A stretch of DNA of 39,199 bases from Candidatus Heimdallarchaeota archaeon (GCA_016840095.1 JAEOSZ010000007.1:1-39199); one strand, 5' to 3'; positions 10,420-20,982 are shown, numbered from the stretch's first letter. Numbers and translations: made by a program. The notes: generated by a model from the letters alone, not told the origin.

Positions 10420-10565
10420 AGAGATTAATAAGTGAATAAAATTCACTATTTTTCATTTTAATTTTCAAATAAATAAAAAATAATTACTAAGAAATTTTGA
10501 CTTATTTTGTAGGAATCTATTAATATTGTTACTCAAGTTCTACCTTATTGATAGAGGTTTTCTAC

Positions 10566-12212
10566 ATGGATATTGAGACAGATATTCTCATCATTGGAGG
10601 AGGCAGTGCTGGTACTATGGCCGCTGTTGTTGCTAAAGAACAAAATCCAGCTGCTGATGTAACAATTATTGAAAAGGGAGAAATCAGCAGAAGCGGATCT
10701 ATTGCTATGGGTATGGATGCACTAAATATAGTAGTTCAACCAGGAATTACTACACCTGAACTCTATATGAAATCAGCTAAAATAGCTACTGAAGGTATCT
10801 TAGATTACAAACCCAGTTACGCTATGGCTGAAAGAAGTTATTCTATATTAAAAAGACTAGAGGAATGGGGCATTCGTTTTCCTAAAGACGAAGAGAATAA
10901 CTACATTTCTTTACAAGTTCATGCTAAAGGAAGTTTTCTTCTAGAGATGGATTCTCCTGATCTTAAACTTGTCTTAGCTAAAAAGGTCAAAGAAGCTGGT
11001 GTTAATGTTATTAATAGGACAATAGTTACAAAACTCCTAGTTAAGAATAATCAAATCTATGGAGCTATGGGATTCAATATTCGCACAGGAGAATTCATTG
11101 TCTGCAAAGCTAAAGCAACTATTTTAGCTAATGGTGGTTGTGCAAGATTCTCTCTTCCCAATTCAGGATATCTTCATGGAACATTTGATTATCCAGGAAA
11201 TGCAGGTGACGGATATTCTTTAGCCTATAGAGCTGGAGCTCAATTAACTGGATTTGAATTTGCTCAATGTTCTCCTTTGATAAAAGACATCAATTGTCCT
11301 CTACTTTATATTACTCTTACTAGAGGAGCGGAAGTTGTCAACGCTCATGGAGAAACAATTGATCTGGAATATGTTTCTACTCAAAATATGCTTAAGGAAC
11401 TTCGAAAAGGCAAAGGTCCAATTTTCATCAAGATGAATCATCTTTCTGAAGAAAGAATTCAGGAAATTGAAAGAATACTTTTTACAGTAGAAAGACCGAT
11501 TCAAAAGAAATTCTGGGAAAACCGAGGGATTGATTTTCGTCAAGGACTTATTGAATTAGGCGAAACAGAATATCAGCTCTGTGGAGGTCATGGAATGACT
11601 GGTATAGTAGTTAACGAAAAAGCAGAAACTACTTTGAAAGGTTTATATGCTGCAGGAGATGTTGCTTGTGTACCCTTCCAACACTTGACAGGAGCTTTTG
11701 TCTTTGGTGAAGTAGCAGCTGAAGAAGCTGTTAAATTTGTTAAAAAAATTGACTTTGGAGAGGTAGATAAAAGTCTAATTAATGAAGAGGAAAGAAGATT
11801 ACAATCCATAATGGATAGGAACAAAATAGGCACTATTTCAGTTCAGGAATTTGAATATAAAGTTCGTAGAACAATAAGTGATTATGCTATTCCTCCAAAA
11901 AATGCAACAAAACTGAAGCGTTTCCTGTGGTGGTTACCAAGATTCAGAGAGGAGATGAAAGATATTCAGATTACAGATCATCATGAGTTAAGCAAGTTCG
12001 AAGAGATAAGGTTCATTCTAGATAGTGCTGAACTTTCTGTACATGCTTCACTTGCTAGAGAGGAGAGTCGTTGGGGATGGTTCCATTATAGAACCGATTT
12101 TCCCGAAAAGGATGATAAGAATTGGCTAAAACATGTAGTATTAGAATTAGGATTAAAGTCAGGAGAAGTACAAACGTATTTAGTTCCAATAGATAAAGGA
12201 GGAGAGAACTAA
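10566..12212 (+). CDS. FAD-dependent oxidoreductase of the SdhA/FrdA/AprA flavoprotein family
   Basis: DILIIGGGSAG, GNAGDG, GHGMTGI, GLYAAGD, and C-terminal ASLAREESRWG..HYRTDFPEKDDKNW. Start set at ATG 10566 after GAGG. Confidence 0.9.
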   Translation: MDIETDILIIGGGSAGTMAAVVAKEQNPAADVTIIEKGEISRSGSIAMGMDALNIVVQPGITTPELYMKSAKIATEGILDYKPSYAMAERSYSILKRLEEWGIRFPKDEENNYISLQVHAKGSFLLEMDSPDLKLVLAKKVKEAGVNVINRTIVTKLLVKNNQIYGAMGFNIRTGEFIVCKAKATILANGGCARFSLPNSGYLHGTFDYPGNAGDGYSLAYRAGAQLTGFEFAQCSPLIKDINCPLLYITLTRGAEVVNAHGETIDLEYVSTQNMLKELRKGKGPIFIKMNHLSEERIQEIERILFTVERPIQKKFWENRGIDFRQGLIELGETEYQLCGGHGMTGIVVNEKAETTLKGLYAAGDVACVPFQHLTGAFVFGEVAAEEAVKFVKKIDFGEVDKSLINEEERRLQSIMDRNKIGTISVQEFEYKVRRTISDYAIPPKNATKLKRFLWWLPRFREEMKDIQITDHHELSKFEEIRFILDSAELSVHASLAREESRWGWFHYRTDFPEKDDKNWLKHVVLELGLKSGEVQTYLVPIDKGGEN

Positions 12213-12406
12213 TGCCTTTAATCGTTGATAGGGAACTTTGTACTAGTTGTGCAGAGTGTGTTGAACGTTGTCCTATGGATATCATCAGGTTGAATGATAA
12301 GGGATTTCCATATCAGAAATATGATGAATGTTGGTATTGCATGGTCTGTGAAGAAGATTGTCCTGAAAAAGCTTTAGTCATAGACTTACCATTTCAAGTA
12401 AAATAA
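12212..12406 (+). CDS. 2x[4Fe-4S] ferredoxin (AprB-like partner)
   Basis: CTSCAECVERCP and CWYCMVCEEDCP. TAATG overlap with the flavoprotein gene. Confidence 0.93.
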   Translation: MPLIVDRELCTSCAECVERCPMDIIRLNDKGFPYQKYDECWYCMVCEEDCPEKALVIDLPFQVK

Positions 12407-12501
12407 AAAATGATCTAATTCAATTAATCTAGTTTTCATATTCTCCAATATAATCATCTTAGGTTCAACTTATTCTTCAGATTCAAGTTAAATTAATATA
12501 G

Positions 12502-14547
12502 TTGGATGAGAATCATGCTTGTTTTTCAAACCTAAAAGAGATGGAAAATATGAGATTTAGAACATTCATTAAAAGAAAAGAAATTATTCTTCTGATATTA
12601 TTACTATCAATTTTATCTTTCAATGGAGAAAGAAGTCATATTAATGCAGTGGCTGATGAATATGTAGGTAATGAGGGTGAGATTCTAAGTTTAACAAGTC
12701 ATCCAGCCTTTAATATAACACATAATGATAATTTTACAGACTATAGTTCAGGTGGAACTGGAGCTGTTGATGACCCATATATTATAGAAAACTACAATAT
12801 AACAACAACTGATTACAATGGTATCTATGTAACAGGAACAACTTTGTACTTCGTAATACAAAATTGTTATGTTGATGCAGACTATAGAGGGATTTACATC
12901 GTAAATGTTGCAATGAATACCTCTAGATTGATAAACAACACTTGTGTAAACAATGATGGCTATGGAATCTGGATAGAATCATCTTTCTTCAGTACGTTGC
13001 AGAATAACAACTGTTCAAATAATGGGAACGGAATCTACCTTACTGGTGCGTCAAGAGGAACTCTGGTCAATAATACATGTAATAACAATATTGGAAATTC
13101 AGGTATTGGAATAACTTCTTCTACTTATGTACTTCTTGAAAATAATACCTGTAATAGCAATAAACATGGAATTTATCTAAATTGGGCAGATAATTCTTGG
13201 GTAATCAAAAACACTTTCAATAACTGTTGGAGAGGTATAAATTCTTTATCTACGGATAATGTAGATATATTAAACAATACTATGAATTCATTTTCTTCAG
13301 CTGGAATACATATATCGGGAGGATCGAGTTTTACTATTGGATACAATTCGTTGAAATTCGGTTTAAATGGAATCTATTTAATGGAAAATTCTGATACTGC
13401 AGTAATAATCAACAATACAATTTCAAACAATGTAAATATAGCTTTATGGCTTGAAGCATGCCATCACACAATAATTGCTAATAACACAATTTCCAACAAT
13501 TATAAAGGCTTGCAAATTGAACATACTACTAATTGTACAATAGAAAATAATACTTTCAGTAATCATAAGAATGGGAATTATATTACTAATTGTCCAGAAT
13601 TAACAATACAGAATAACTACTTCTACAATGATGGATTGGAATTTTATGTATCAGATCTAACAAACTATCTGACCTGTACCTTTGTAAATAACTGGGTGAA
13701 TGATAAGGAATTAGGTTTCTTCTTTAATGCAAACAGCATAATCATTTCTGCAACAATATATGGGCAGCTAATTCTTATCAATTGTTCAGATATTAGTATA
13801 ACCAACCAGCAGTTGAATAGCACTTCAACAGGAATCAGTTTGCATTACTGTGAAGATATCACAATTGAAAATAGCAATTGTTATAATAACAGCATCAACG
13901 GAATATACTTCATTAAATGTGATATTATTACAATACATGAAAATAGGTCCTATAATAACACTTTATCTGGAATACATGCTGAAGGTACAACTGGAACTTC
14001 AATAAATTCTAATATATGTTCAAATAACACATATGGAATTTACTTGAGAGATTCACCATCTTCTGAGATTTTCAACAACACATGTGAAAACAATAGCCAA
14101 TACGGAATTTACCTTTATGGTAGTGGAGGGATTGAGAGCCCTTGGTTCATCTTAGATGTTCGAAAAGCTCCTTCTGATTCTTGCTTGATAACTTACAACA
14201 AACTAATCAGCAATACAGAATATGGAATCTACATAGAGACTGATAACAATAAAATCTACAATAACACCTTTATCAATAACAATCAAGGTGGTACCAGTCA
14301 AGCATATGATGAAGGAACAGGAAATACCTGGTATGATACTGCATCAAATCTAGGAAACTACTGGAATGAGTGGGTCAGTGGTTCATATAGCATTGATGGC
14401 TCTTCAAGTTCTGAAGATCCTTATCCCCTTTCAGAAATACCTATTCCACCAATCATATCTGAATATTTATACAAAAATATCTTCTTGATTTTCACCATTC
14501 TTCCTCTAATACTGATAGGATTTATAGTGCTTAAAAGAAAGAAATGA
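12502..14547 (+). CDS. Cell-surface right-handed beta-helix (NosD/PbH1) repeat protein
   Basis: Many N-rich GIxL...NNT repeats, GTAVDDPYIIENYNI, GNYW..W..GSYSIDG...DPYP, and C-terminal ISEY + TM + KRKK. The real start is probably ATG 12541 or 12550. Confidence 0.88.
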   Translation: MDENHACFSNLKEMENMRFRTFIKRKEIILLILLLSILSFNGERSHINAVADEYVGNEGEILSLTSHPAFNITHNDNFTDYSSGGTGAVDDPYIIENYNITTTDYNGIYVTGTTLYFVIQNCYVDADYRGIYIVNVAMNTSRLINNTCVNNDGYGIWIESSFFSTLQNNNCSNNGNGIYLTGASRGTLVNNTCNNNIGNSGIGITSSTYVLLENNTCNSNKHGIYLNWADNSWVIKNTFNNCWRGINSLSTDNVDILNNTMNSFSSAGIHISGGSSFTIGYNSLKFGLNGIYLMENSDTAVIINNTISNNVNIALWLEACHHTIIANNTISNNYKGLQIEHTTNCTIENNTFSNHKNGNYITNCPELTIQNNYFYNDGLEFYVSDLTNYLTCTFVNNWVNDKELGFFFNANSIIISATIYGQLILINCSDISITNQQLNSTSTGISLHYCEDITIENSNCYNNSINGIYFIKCDIITIHENRSYNNTLSGIHAEGTTGTSINSNICSNNTYGIYLRDSPSSEIFNNTCENNSQYGIYLYGSGGIESPWFILDVRKAPSDSCLITYNKLISNTEYGIYIETDNNKIYNNTFINNNQGGTSQAYDEGTGNTWYDTASNLGNYWNEWVSGSYSIDGSSSSEDPYPLSEIPIPPIISEYLYKNIFLIFTILPLILIGFIVLKRKK

Positions 14548-14622
14548 GGTAATTTTACCTCTTTTTTATCTATTTTTTGTAAACAAAATAATTCTCTAAT
14601 TCCGAACGACAGATATTTTATT

Positions 14623-14685
14623 TGTATCTGTGAAGAAGATTGTTCTGAAAAAGTAATAGAGGAATTACCATTCAAAGTAAACTAG
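14623..14685 (+). pseudogene. Degenerate duplicate of the ferredoxin gene 3' end
   Basis: Translates as CICEEDCSEKVIEELPFKVN*, versus CMVCEEDCPEKALVIDLPFQVK* in the gene. 26 of 27 nt are identical between 14627-14653 and 12345-12371. Confidence 0.7.
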
Positions 14686-14747
14686 TACTTATCATTTTGA
14701 GAATCTGAAAATGGTTTAAAAAGAGCATTGAAATTGATTTAATTGAA

Positions 14748-15626
14748 ATGAAAATCTATAGAATACTGAGATACTTTGAAATACTCTTCTTACTGGTTAT
14801 AATACTAACACCAGTAGTAATCGTATCAACTCCCTTAAGGATACACTTCGGACCAACTCAAATTGGTTTTAGAGAGGGAGACATTATTCAGCTAACAATC
14901 AATGATTATTCTTTTGATTACAATCTCTCTTATCTTAACGACTATAATGTAACTGCAGGACTTTACCTAGGTCCTTTCTTCAACTTTGATGAATTAGAGA
15001 AAAAAGATACTTACACAATTGAAGAATTGATGTCTGTGTCCTATAACATCAATTTATTTCAAGGTAACACATCTTCTCATTTACAATATGATTTTCAAAT
15101 AGATTCAATAGGTAAAAAGAAAAGGTATGCAAATGTATCTATTGTCAATAGTACTAAGAGCTTTATAGTCTCAAGATTATATAATCTTGAACCTGCTCCT
15201 TTCTTTGATACTTCGTTAGCTTACGGTTTAACATTCTCTACTGAGGTAGATAATTCCACAATAAGCTATATTCATTTGAGAAGAATTTTTCTATTCTCAA
15301 CTTCAGAAACTAGAGACGCACTGAATTGGTACAGTAGACACGGTATGTTTTATCCCTTTTATGACTTTTCTAGATATGACAAAGATACCTTTAGAACTGT
15401 ACACTTCTATGAAAATTATTTCACATCAACTACTTACATACTTCAAGAAGGAAGCAATAACTTAAAGGAAGTTAGCTCACATTTCGCAGGTTTGGAATAT
15501 CTACTGAATACTGGTGATAACTTTCAATCCAATATAACAACTTATCTAGGATTACCAACTCAAAGTTATTGGAACTTTGATGTAAATTTTGATTTGAGAT
15601 ACTTCAGAGGGGGAGAAGAAATATGA
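14748..15626 (+). CDS. Hypothetical protein with N-terminal TM/signal and extracytoplasmic domain
   Basis: 292-aa ORF with a hydrophobic N-terminus. ATGA overlap with the next gene. Confidence 0.65.
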   Translation: MKIYRILRYFEILFLLVIILTPVVIVSTPLRIHFGPTQIGFREGDIIQLTINDYSFDYNLSYLNDYNVTAGLYLGPFFNFDELEKKDTYTIEELMSVSYNINLFQGNTSSHLQYDFQIDSIGKKKRYANVSIVNSTKSFIVSRLYNLEPAPFFDTSLAYGLTFSTEVDNSTISYIHLRRIFLFSTSETRDALNWYSRHGMFYPFYDFSRYDKDTFRTVHFYENYFTSTTYILQEGSNNLKEVSSHFAGLEYLLNTGDNFQSNITTYLGLPTQSYWNFDVNFDLRYFRGGEEI

Positions 15627-16333
15627 TGGTCAAATTAACACTGATTAAGCCTAGAGTAAAAAAAACTCTAAATTTCCTTAGCATATATTCTCCTTATCCT
15701 GCTGCTATTTCCGTAATTATTATCCTAATACTCAATGTGGATGAAATGATTAATTTTTTTGCTATTTGTCTCTTAGTTGCATCTATAATTCTGAGAATTG
15801 TGATAGTTATTTTGAAGAAACGAGTAAGGGATCAACCTGAAATAAAAACTACTGATTGGAATGAATTACGTAAGCAACTAACTTTGATACTTTCTGAAAG
15901 CAAGATCTTGCTAGATAGTGCAGTAGAATTGAGAAGTGAAGAAGTATCAAACATAATCTTATCAGAAAAACAGGTTAATGGGAATTTCTTTGAGGAGAAT
16001 GAAGAATTGATTAAATCAATCAGAAACATTGGCATAAATGGTCTACTTTGTCTATTATTTCTAGTTCAACAACAACCAGCAATTGCTGCAGTGAGGGCAA
16101 TACACAGGACATTAAAAATCCCTTTAGCTACTGCATATAGACACTTACAAAAGTTATCAGAGTTAAAACTAGTGAGTTCTTATTATGAACCTGATAAACC
16201 AAGTAAAGCACTATACAGAATAACAGATGAAGGAAGTTCTCTGATAATACAATTATATGAGATAATTGGAGAAACACTTCTACCATTACAAAGCGTTAAA
16301 CCTGAAAAAACTCAAGTCAAAAGTGAAGCATAA
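15623..16333 (+). CDS. Membrane-anchored winged-helix (ArsR-like) regulator
   Basis: Two N-terminal TM helices. C-terminal wHTH: IHRTLKIPLATAYRHLQKLSELKLV...YRITDEG. Confidence 0.75.
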   Translation: MMVKLTLIKPRVKKTLNFLSIYSPYPAAISVIIILILNVDEMINFFAICLLVASIILRIVIVILKKRVRDQPEIKTTDWNELRKQLTLILSESKILLDSAVELRSEEVSNIILSEKQVNGNFFEENEELIKSIRNIGINGLLCLLFLVQQQPAIAAVRAIHRTLKIPLATAYRHLQKLSELKLVSSYYEPDKPSKALYRITDEGSSLIIQLYEIIGETLLPLQSVKPEKTQVKSEA

Positions 16334-16386
16334 TCTTTCATAGATTACAACTTTCATTTTATTCGAGTTCTTTCATTTTATGTCTT

Positions 16387-16749
16387 CTAGAATACTGTAC
16401 TAGCAAAGTATATAGTTAGTGCATTTACTCCAAAACTAACACACAGCAAAAACACATCAAATGGCTTGTATCCTTTTATTCCAGCAAGATTTAGTATGAT
16501 AAAGAAGCTAGCTACTACTATGTTTACAATGCTATTTGCAGGTTGAGGTAAAATTACAGAAAGTATAACCATAGCAATAGGTAAAAGCATTAATGCTGCC
16601 ATCCCTAACCAAGCATACTGGCTTACAGGTTTACCGTCTATTTCTCCAGGTGTGAACTCTCCTGAGAAAATTCGGAGAACATCACCCAACAAGTAAATTA
16701 ACATACAAGCTACCCACAGAAGTGATAGCATTATCTCTAAGTCAACCAT
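16387..16749 (-). CDS. Small membrane protein (DUF6326-like)
   Basis: LSLLWVACMLIYLLGDVL N-terminal motif, about 4 TM. Confidence 0.65.
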   Translation of the reverse strand: MVDLEIMLSLLWVACMLIYLLGDVLRIFSGEFTPGEIDGKPVSQYAWLGMAALMLLPIAMVILSVILPQPANSIVNIVVASFFIILNLAGIKGYKPFDVFLLCVSFGVNALTIYFASTVF

Positions 16750-16771
16750 GTATTTTCACGATCTCAAATTT

Positions 16772-17710
16772 CTAGTTGTCCTTATCCTTAAACACAGATA
16801 TAACAACATTTCCCTTTTTATGTCCTTCATCAACGTATCTATGTGCTTCGACCATTTCTTCTAAAGGATAGCTTCTATCGATGTAAGGTTTTATCTCTCC
16901 TTTCTCAATTAAATCTCTAAGATATTCCATTTTTTCATCAGTTTCAGAAGTCATTGATTTAATTGTAAGAAAGGTACCATCTGGCTTTAGTACACTTTTG
17001 CATTTTCTATCTGAGATTTTGACAACTGATTCTAAAACAACATCATATTTTTCACCACTTTGAGTAAAATCCTCTTTAGTGTAGTCAATGATTTTATCTG
17101 CTCCTAATGACTTTACCATTTCTATTTTGTTTGTACTGCAAACTCCAGTAACCTCAGCTCCGAGATATTTGGCAATTTGAACCGCAAAACTACCTGTGCT
17201 TCCAGACGCACCATAGATTAGAACCTTTTGTCCTTTTTGGATATTTGCCTTTCTAAGAATTTGGAGTACTGCCATTCCTGCAACAGGAACAGCTGCAGCT
17301 TGCTCAAAAGTTAGGTTTGAAGGTTTAATCGCAACAACACCCATTTTCCATTTTTCAGGAACACACACATATTCTGCATATGACCCATGTTTTAACATAG
17401 TTGTTGTTCCCCAAACTTCGTCACCTTGCTTAAATGATTTCACATCTTTTCCTACTGATTCAACTACACCGGCAAACTCATATCCTAGAATTGGTTTTCT
17501 TGGTTTTCTAATACCATACATCAATCTCAATGCTAATGTGAAAAATTTGGAATCAGGATGAATTCCTTTTCGTCCATTTACAACTGCTGCGTTGACTGTT
17601 GTACCATATACTTTGACTAACAATTCATTGTCCTTAGGTTGAGGTTTCTCAACTTCAGTTATTTTTAGTACTTCAGGAGGACCATATTTCTCATAAATTA
17701 CGGCTTTCAT
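16772..17710 (-). CDS. Zn-independent medium-chain dehydrogenase/reductase (NAD(P)-dependent, quinone-oxidoreductase-like)
   Basis: MKAVIYEKYGPPEVL, ILGYEFAGVVE, VLIYGASGSTG and AHRYVDEGHKKGNVVI. Confidence 0.92.
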   Translation of the reverse strand: MKAVIYEKYGPPEVLKITEVEKPQPKDNELLVKVYGTTVNAAVVNGRKGIHPDSKFFTLALRLMYGIRKPRKPILGYEFAGVVESVGKDVKSFKQGDEVWGTTTMLKHGSYAEYVCVPEKWKMGVVAIKPSNLTFEQAAAVPVAGMAVLQILRKANIQKGQKVLIYGASGSTGSFAVQIAKYLGAEVTGVCSTNKIEMVKSLGADKIIDYTKEDFTQSGEKYDVVLESVVKISDRKCKSVLKPDGTFLTIKSMTSETDEKMEYLRDLIEKGEIKPYIDRSYPLEEMVEAHRYVDEGHKKGNVVISVFKDKDN

Positions 17711-17840
17711 TATTGTTCCTTTAGAGTAGGTATTTTAAAGATTTCCTCACTTTGATAGTTGATATTTCGAATTTTGTAAGACAATTAACTATATTTACTC
17801 AAAATTGTCTTGTTATGCATCCTTTAATGAGGGTAAATAG

Positions 17841-18332
17841 ATGAAATATTGTAATACTTGTGGAAATCTCAATCGAAATAAAGCAAGAAAATGTTCAAAT
17901 TGTGGTACCCTAGTAAATAGAAACGTTGTATCAGAGAATGAGTATGGGAAGAATTATTCTACTCAAGAAGATTTCAAACCTTCTGCAAAAGCTTACAAAG
18001 ATTTTAAGACGATCTATGTTTCGCAGAAAAAAAATCTGTTATACCTTTTTCCTTTCTTTCTTATCCCAGGAATAGGAATCATATATGCAGGAAACTGGAA
18101 AAGAGGATTATATTTTTTGTTAGCCTTCATTGTAACAACAATTTTTGATGTTGTGTTCAAAGTACGAGGTTCATTTTTCGTCATTGGAATCACAACTCCT
18201 GCTTATATAATTTTGATTGTATGGGGTATTATAGCAGCAATAAAAGAAATAAGGTTATACAACGAGAAAGTGGAAAATCAACCTCAAAAAGGACAACAGA
18301 TGAAAAGTGTAGATAAAGCCATTTTTCAATAA
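17841..18332 (+). CDS. Zinc-ribbon domain membrane protein (TM2-like C-terminal part)
   Basis: CxxC...CxxCG at the N-terminus, then IPGIGIIYAG.WKRG and 2-3 TM helices. Confidence 0.75.
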   Translation: MKYCNTCGNLNRNKARKCSNCGTLVNRNVVSENEYGKNYSTQEDFKPSAKAYKDFKTIYVSQKKNLLYLFPFFLIPGIGIIYAGNWKRGLYFLLAFIVTTIFDVVFKVRGSFFVIGITTPAYIILIVWGIIAAIKEIRLYNEKVENQPQKGQQMKSVDKAIFQ

Positions 18333-18446
18333 TCCATAAAGCCTCTAATTCAGTTCATTATAAGTAAAACTAATTACCTGACTAACAAGGTCCAGATTAA
18401 GGATATTGAATAAAATTAATAAATAAGCATCTGATGGACTTGTGAA

Positions 18447-18992
18447 ATGATAAGATTAGAAACTGAAAGGTTAGTAGTCAGAAACTTCATTCATGCAGAC
18501 TATAAAGACCTTGCAGAGCTTGCTATGAAGTATGAGAAATCAGAATTAGCAAAATATGATGAAGGTCCATGGCCAGATAACCTAGAAGAGTATAAAGGCA
18601 TAGTAGAGGAATTTGCGAAAGGGGTTGATTTTTTAGCTGTTGTTCTGAAAGAAAACAACAAATTAATAGGGTTAATTTTCAAAGGGGATAAAGGGAAAGG
18701 AAAGTATGAGTTTGGTTTTAATTTTCATTACAATTACCATGGTAAAGGTTATGCTACCGAAAGCTGTAAAGTTGTCTTAGATTTCATGTTTAAGGAACTA
18801 GAAGCAGAAATTGTAATGGCAGGAACAGCAAAAGTTAACAAACCATCAAATAATCTACTAAAGAGGTTAGGTTTTGAACTAGAAGGGGAAAAAAACATCT
18901 CTTTTAGAAAAGATGAAGAAGGCAATCCTATTGAATTTGTGGGAGTAGACTATTCACTTATGAGAAATAATTGGGTGCTGAACAAGCGATAG
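18447..18992 (+). CDS. RimJ/RimL-family GNAT N-acetyltransferase
   Basis: LETERLVVR, YHGKGYATES and N..S..LLKRLGF. Confidence 0.9.
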   Translation: MIRLETERLVVRNFIHADYKDLAELAMKYEKSELAKYDEGPWPDNLEEYKGIVEEFAKGVDFLAVVLKENNKLIGLIFKGDKGKGKYEFGFNFHYNYHGKGYATESCKVVLDFMFKELEAEIVMAGTAKVNKPSNNLLKRLGFELEGEKNISFRKDEEGNPIEFVGVDYSLMRNNWVLNKR

Positions 18993-19059
18993 CAAATAAA
19001 AGTATATTAAGGAATCTCTTATCACTTATTCATCAGCTTGAATTGGTGAATTTTGTAAA

Positions 19060-19872
19060 ATGAACATTAATCAGAAGATATTAGTTGGTTTAGTAATAGT
19101 TTCATTGTTTTCGTTTTCTTTTAGTAGTTCCAATCTCGCTCAAGTAGCTGAGTATGAGTTCTATTATTCAGATTTTCTTGTGCCTGGAGAGACTTTAGAA
19201 TGGAAAGTGACCACATTTGAAAAAGAAGATGGTTTCAATTGGGAACTAGCATCAGGTCATTTTGTTAAGGAAGGAGATGTAATTAGATTTGTCATTACAC
19301 AAGATCCTGATTCATTAAACTTAACCGACCCTAAAAATTTACAATACAATACTAAATCTTGGGTAAATACTTATCTAAATGATATTGATCTTTCAAGTGT
19401 TGAAGAATGGGATTATTTTATAGAACCTTTTGATGAAGTTGGGTATGTAGGACCAGAACGTCATGACTCACCAGATAAACCAGATACAGAAAATTACTGG
19501 GAAGGTTTAGAAGAGAATATGAAACCTGACTGTTTCAATAATGAAAGTGGAATATTAGAAGTTAGTATAACTTCTGATCTCTTCAACTTGAAAAAGGAAT
19601 CCTATGAGTCGGGAGAGACCCCAGATACTTCAGAACCCTTTGTAAGAAATAAAAGCTTTGAAGTTAGCTACAATATAAATTGGGGTTATCTAGATAGAAT
19701 GAGAGTCTATGAATATTATGAACAAGGTGTGATTGGTGAAGAAGAGCAAGAATGGTTAGAACTAATTTTATTAAATTCAAGAAGTACTCAAGGTACTCCA
19801 ATAAAATGGTTTAGTGGTTTTATTGCTTTATTTACATTGGGAATGGTTACAATTCATATGCGAAGACGCTGA
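19060..19872 (+). CDS. Acidic secreted/surface hypothetical protein with C-terminal TM anchor
   Basis: Signal peptide, acidic body, and GTP + TM + RRR tail. Confidence 0.7.
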   Translation: MNINQKILVGLVIVSLFSFSFSSSNLAQVAEYEFYYSDFLVPGETLEWKVTTFEKEDGFNWELASGHFVKEGDVIRFVITQDPDSLNLTDPKNLQYNTKSWVNTYLNDIDLSSVEEWDYFIEPFDEVGYVGPERHDSPDKPDTENYWEGLEENMKPDCFNNESGILEVSITSDLFNLKKESYESGETPDTSEPFVRNKSFEVSYNINWGYLDRMRVYEYYEQGVIGEEEQEWLELILLNSRSTQGTPIKWFSGFIALFTLGMVTIHMRRR

Positions 19873-20094
19873 TAATCTTAGGTAGAATAAATTTCTTTAC
19901 CTGTCCTAAGTGTTTTTGAGTATTTCTGACACACAAGCAATCTTCTAAAAGACATAGAGTAATGTTTCCAAATTAGTGTAATCCTAAATTGAAAATTAGA
20001 TAAAAGTACCACTGATAAAAGGAAATTATATAGATACAGCCATATTTAATTAGATAAATATATAAATAACCTTTTTCTACACATAATCGATTGT

Positions 20095-20982
20095 ATGAAA
20101 GTAAAATTAATGACTGATTCAACTTCTCAAATTCCTTCTGAATTTGCGAAAGAGAAAAAGATAGCTCTTCTAGAGCCTACAATAGAATTTGAAGGAAAAC
20201 ACTGCAAAGATCTTACAGATATTGATCAGAAGTACTTTGTTTCAAAGATGAAGTCAATGAAGGATCTTCCAAAAACTTCAGTTGCGAATCCTCAACAATC
20301 TCTTGAGCTTCTTGAGAGCATTAAAGAAGAAGGACACAAAGAAGTCCTATATGTTCATCTTACACAAGCTATGTCAAATCAAGTAGGACCTGTTCAAATA
20401 GCAATGAAAAAAATGAAAAATGATCTCAAGGTTCATCTATATAATACAGAATTTTCTGCAACAGCTCAAGCCCCTTTCGTACTATTCGCTCAAAAAATGC
20501 TAGAAGAAGGAAGATCTGTTGATGAAATAACTAAAATACTTGATAAATTGAAACCTCTGATTCATTCAAGCGGTATTTCTAGTAGTTTTGATCTTTTGTT
20601 TAGAACAGGAAGAATAAAGAAAACTGTTAAGATGACTATGATTTCATCCTTAATGAAACTCAAACCAATCTATGAGACTGCAAGAGATAAAGGTTATGGT
20701 GGAAAAGGTGCAGGTACTGGGTACAATAGTGCTGTTAAGAAAATCATTGAAAGATTTGAGGAAACAACTGATCCTAACATGGAATACAATGTGATCATAA
20801 GCCATATCGGAAATCCAAAACTTGCAAAGAAACTTGAAAAAGGAGTTAAAAGCATTAGAAAAGTAGAAGAGGTCCAATATTGGGATATCTCACCTGTTGT
20901 TGCTAATACTCTCGGATATGGTACTGCAATGATTGCTCTTTATCCTAGCTTTGAAAGCTTTATTAAGACGGTAGAAGGATAA
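20095..20982 (+). CDS. DegV/FakB-family lipid-binding protein
   Basis: MTDSTS, PKTS, LFRTGRI, LKPI and ISPVVANTLG. Confidence 0.88.
   Translation: MKVKLMTDSTSQIPSEFAKEKKIALLEPTIEFEGKHCKDLTDIDQKYFVSKMKSMKDLPKTSVANPQQSLELLESIKEEGHKEVLYVHLTQAMSNQVGPVQIAMKKMKNDLKVHLYNTEFSATAQAPFVLFAQKMLEEGRSVDEITKILDKLKPLIHSSGISSSFDLLFRTGRIKKTVKMTMISSLMKLKPIYETARDKGYGGKGAGTGYNSAVKKIIERFEETTDPNMEYNVIISHIGNPKLAKKLEKGVKSIRKVEEVQYWDISPVVANTLGYGTAMIALYPSFESFIKTVEG

Noticed and set aside
10566-12212. Assigning the symbol sdhA, frdA or aprA
   Set aside because: The family is clear, but partner subunits and pathway context are absent, so orthology cannot be set by eye.
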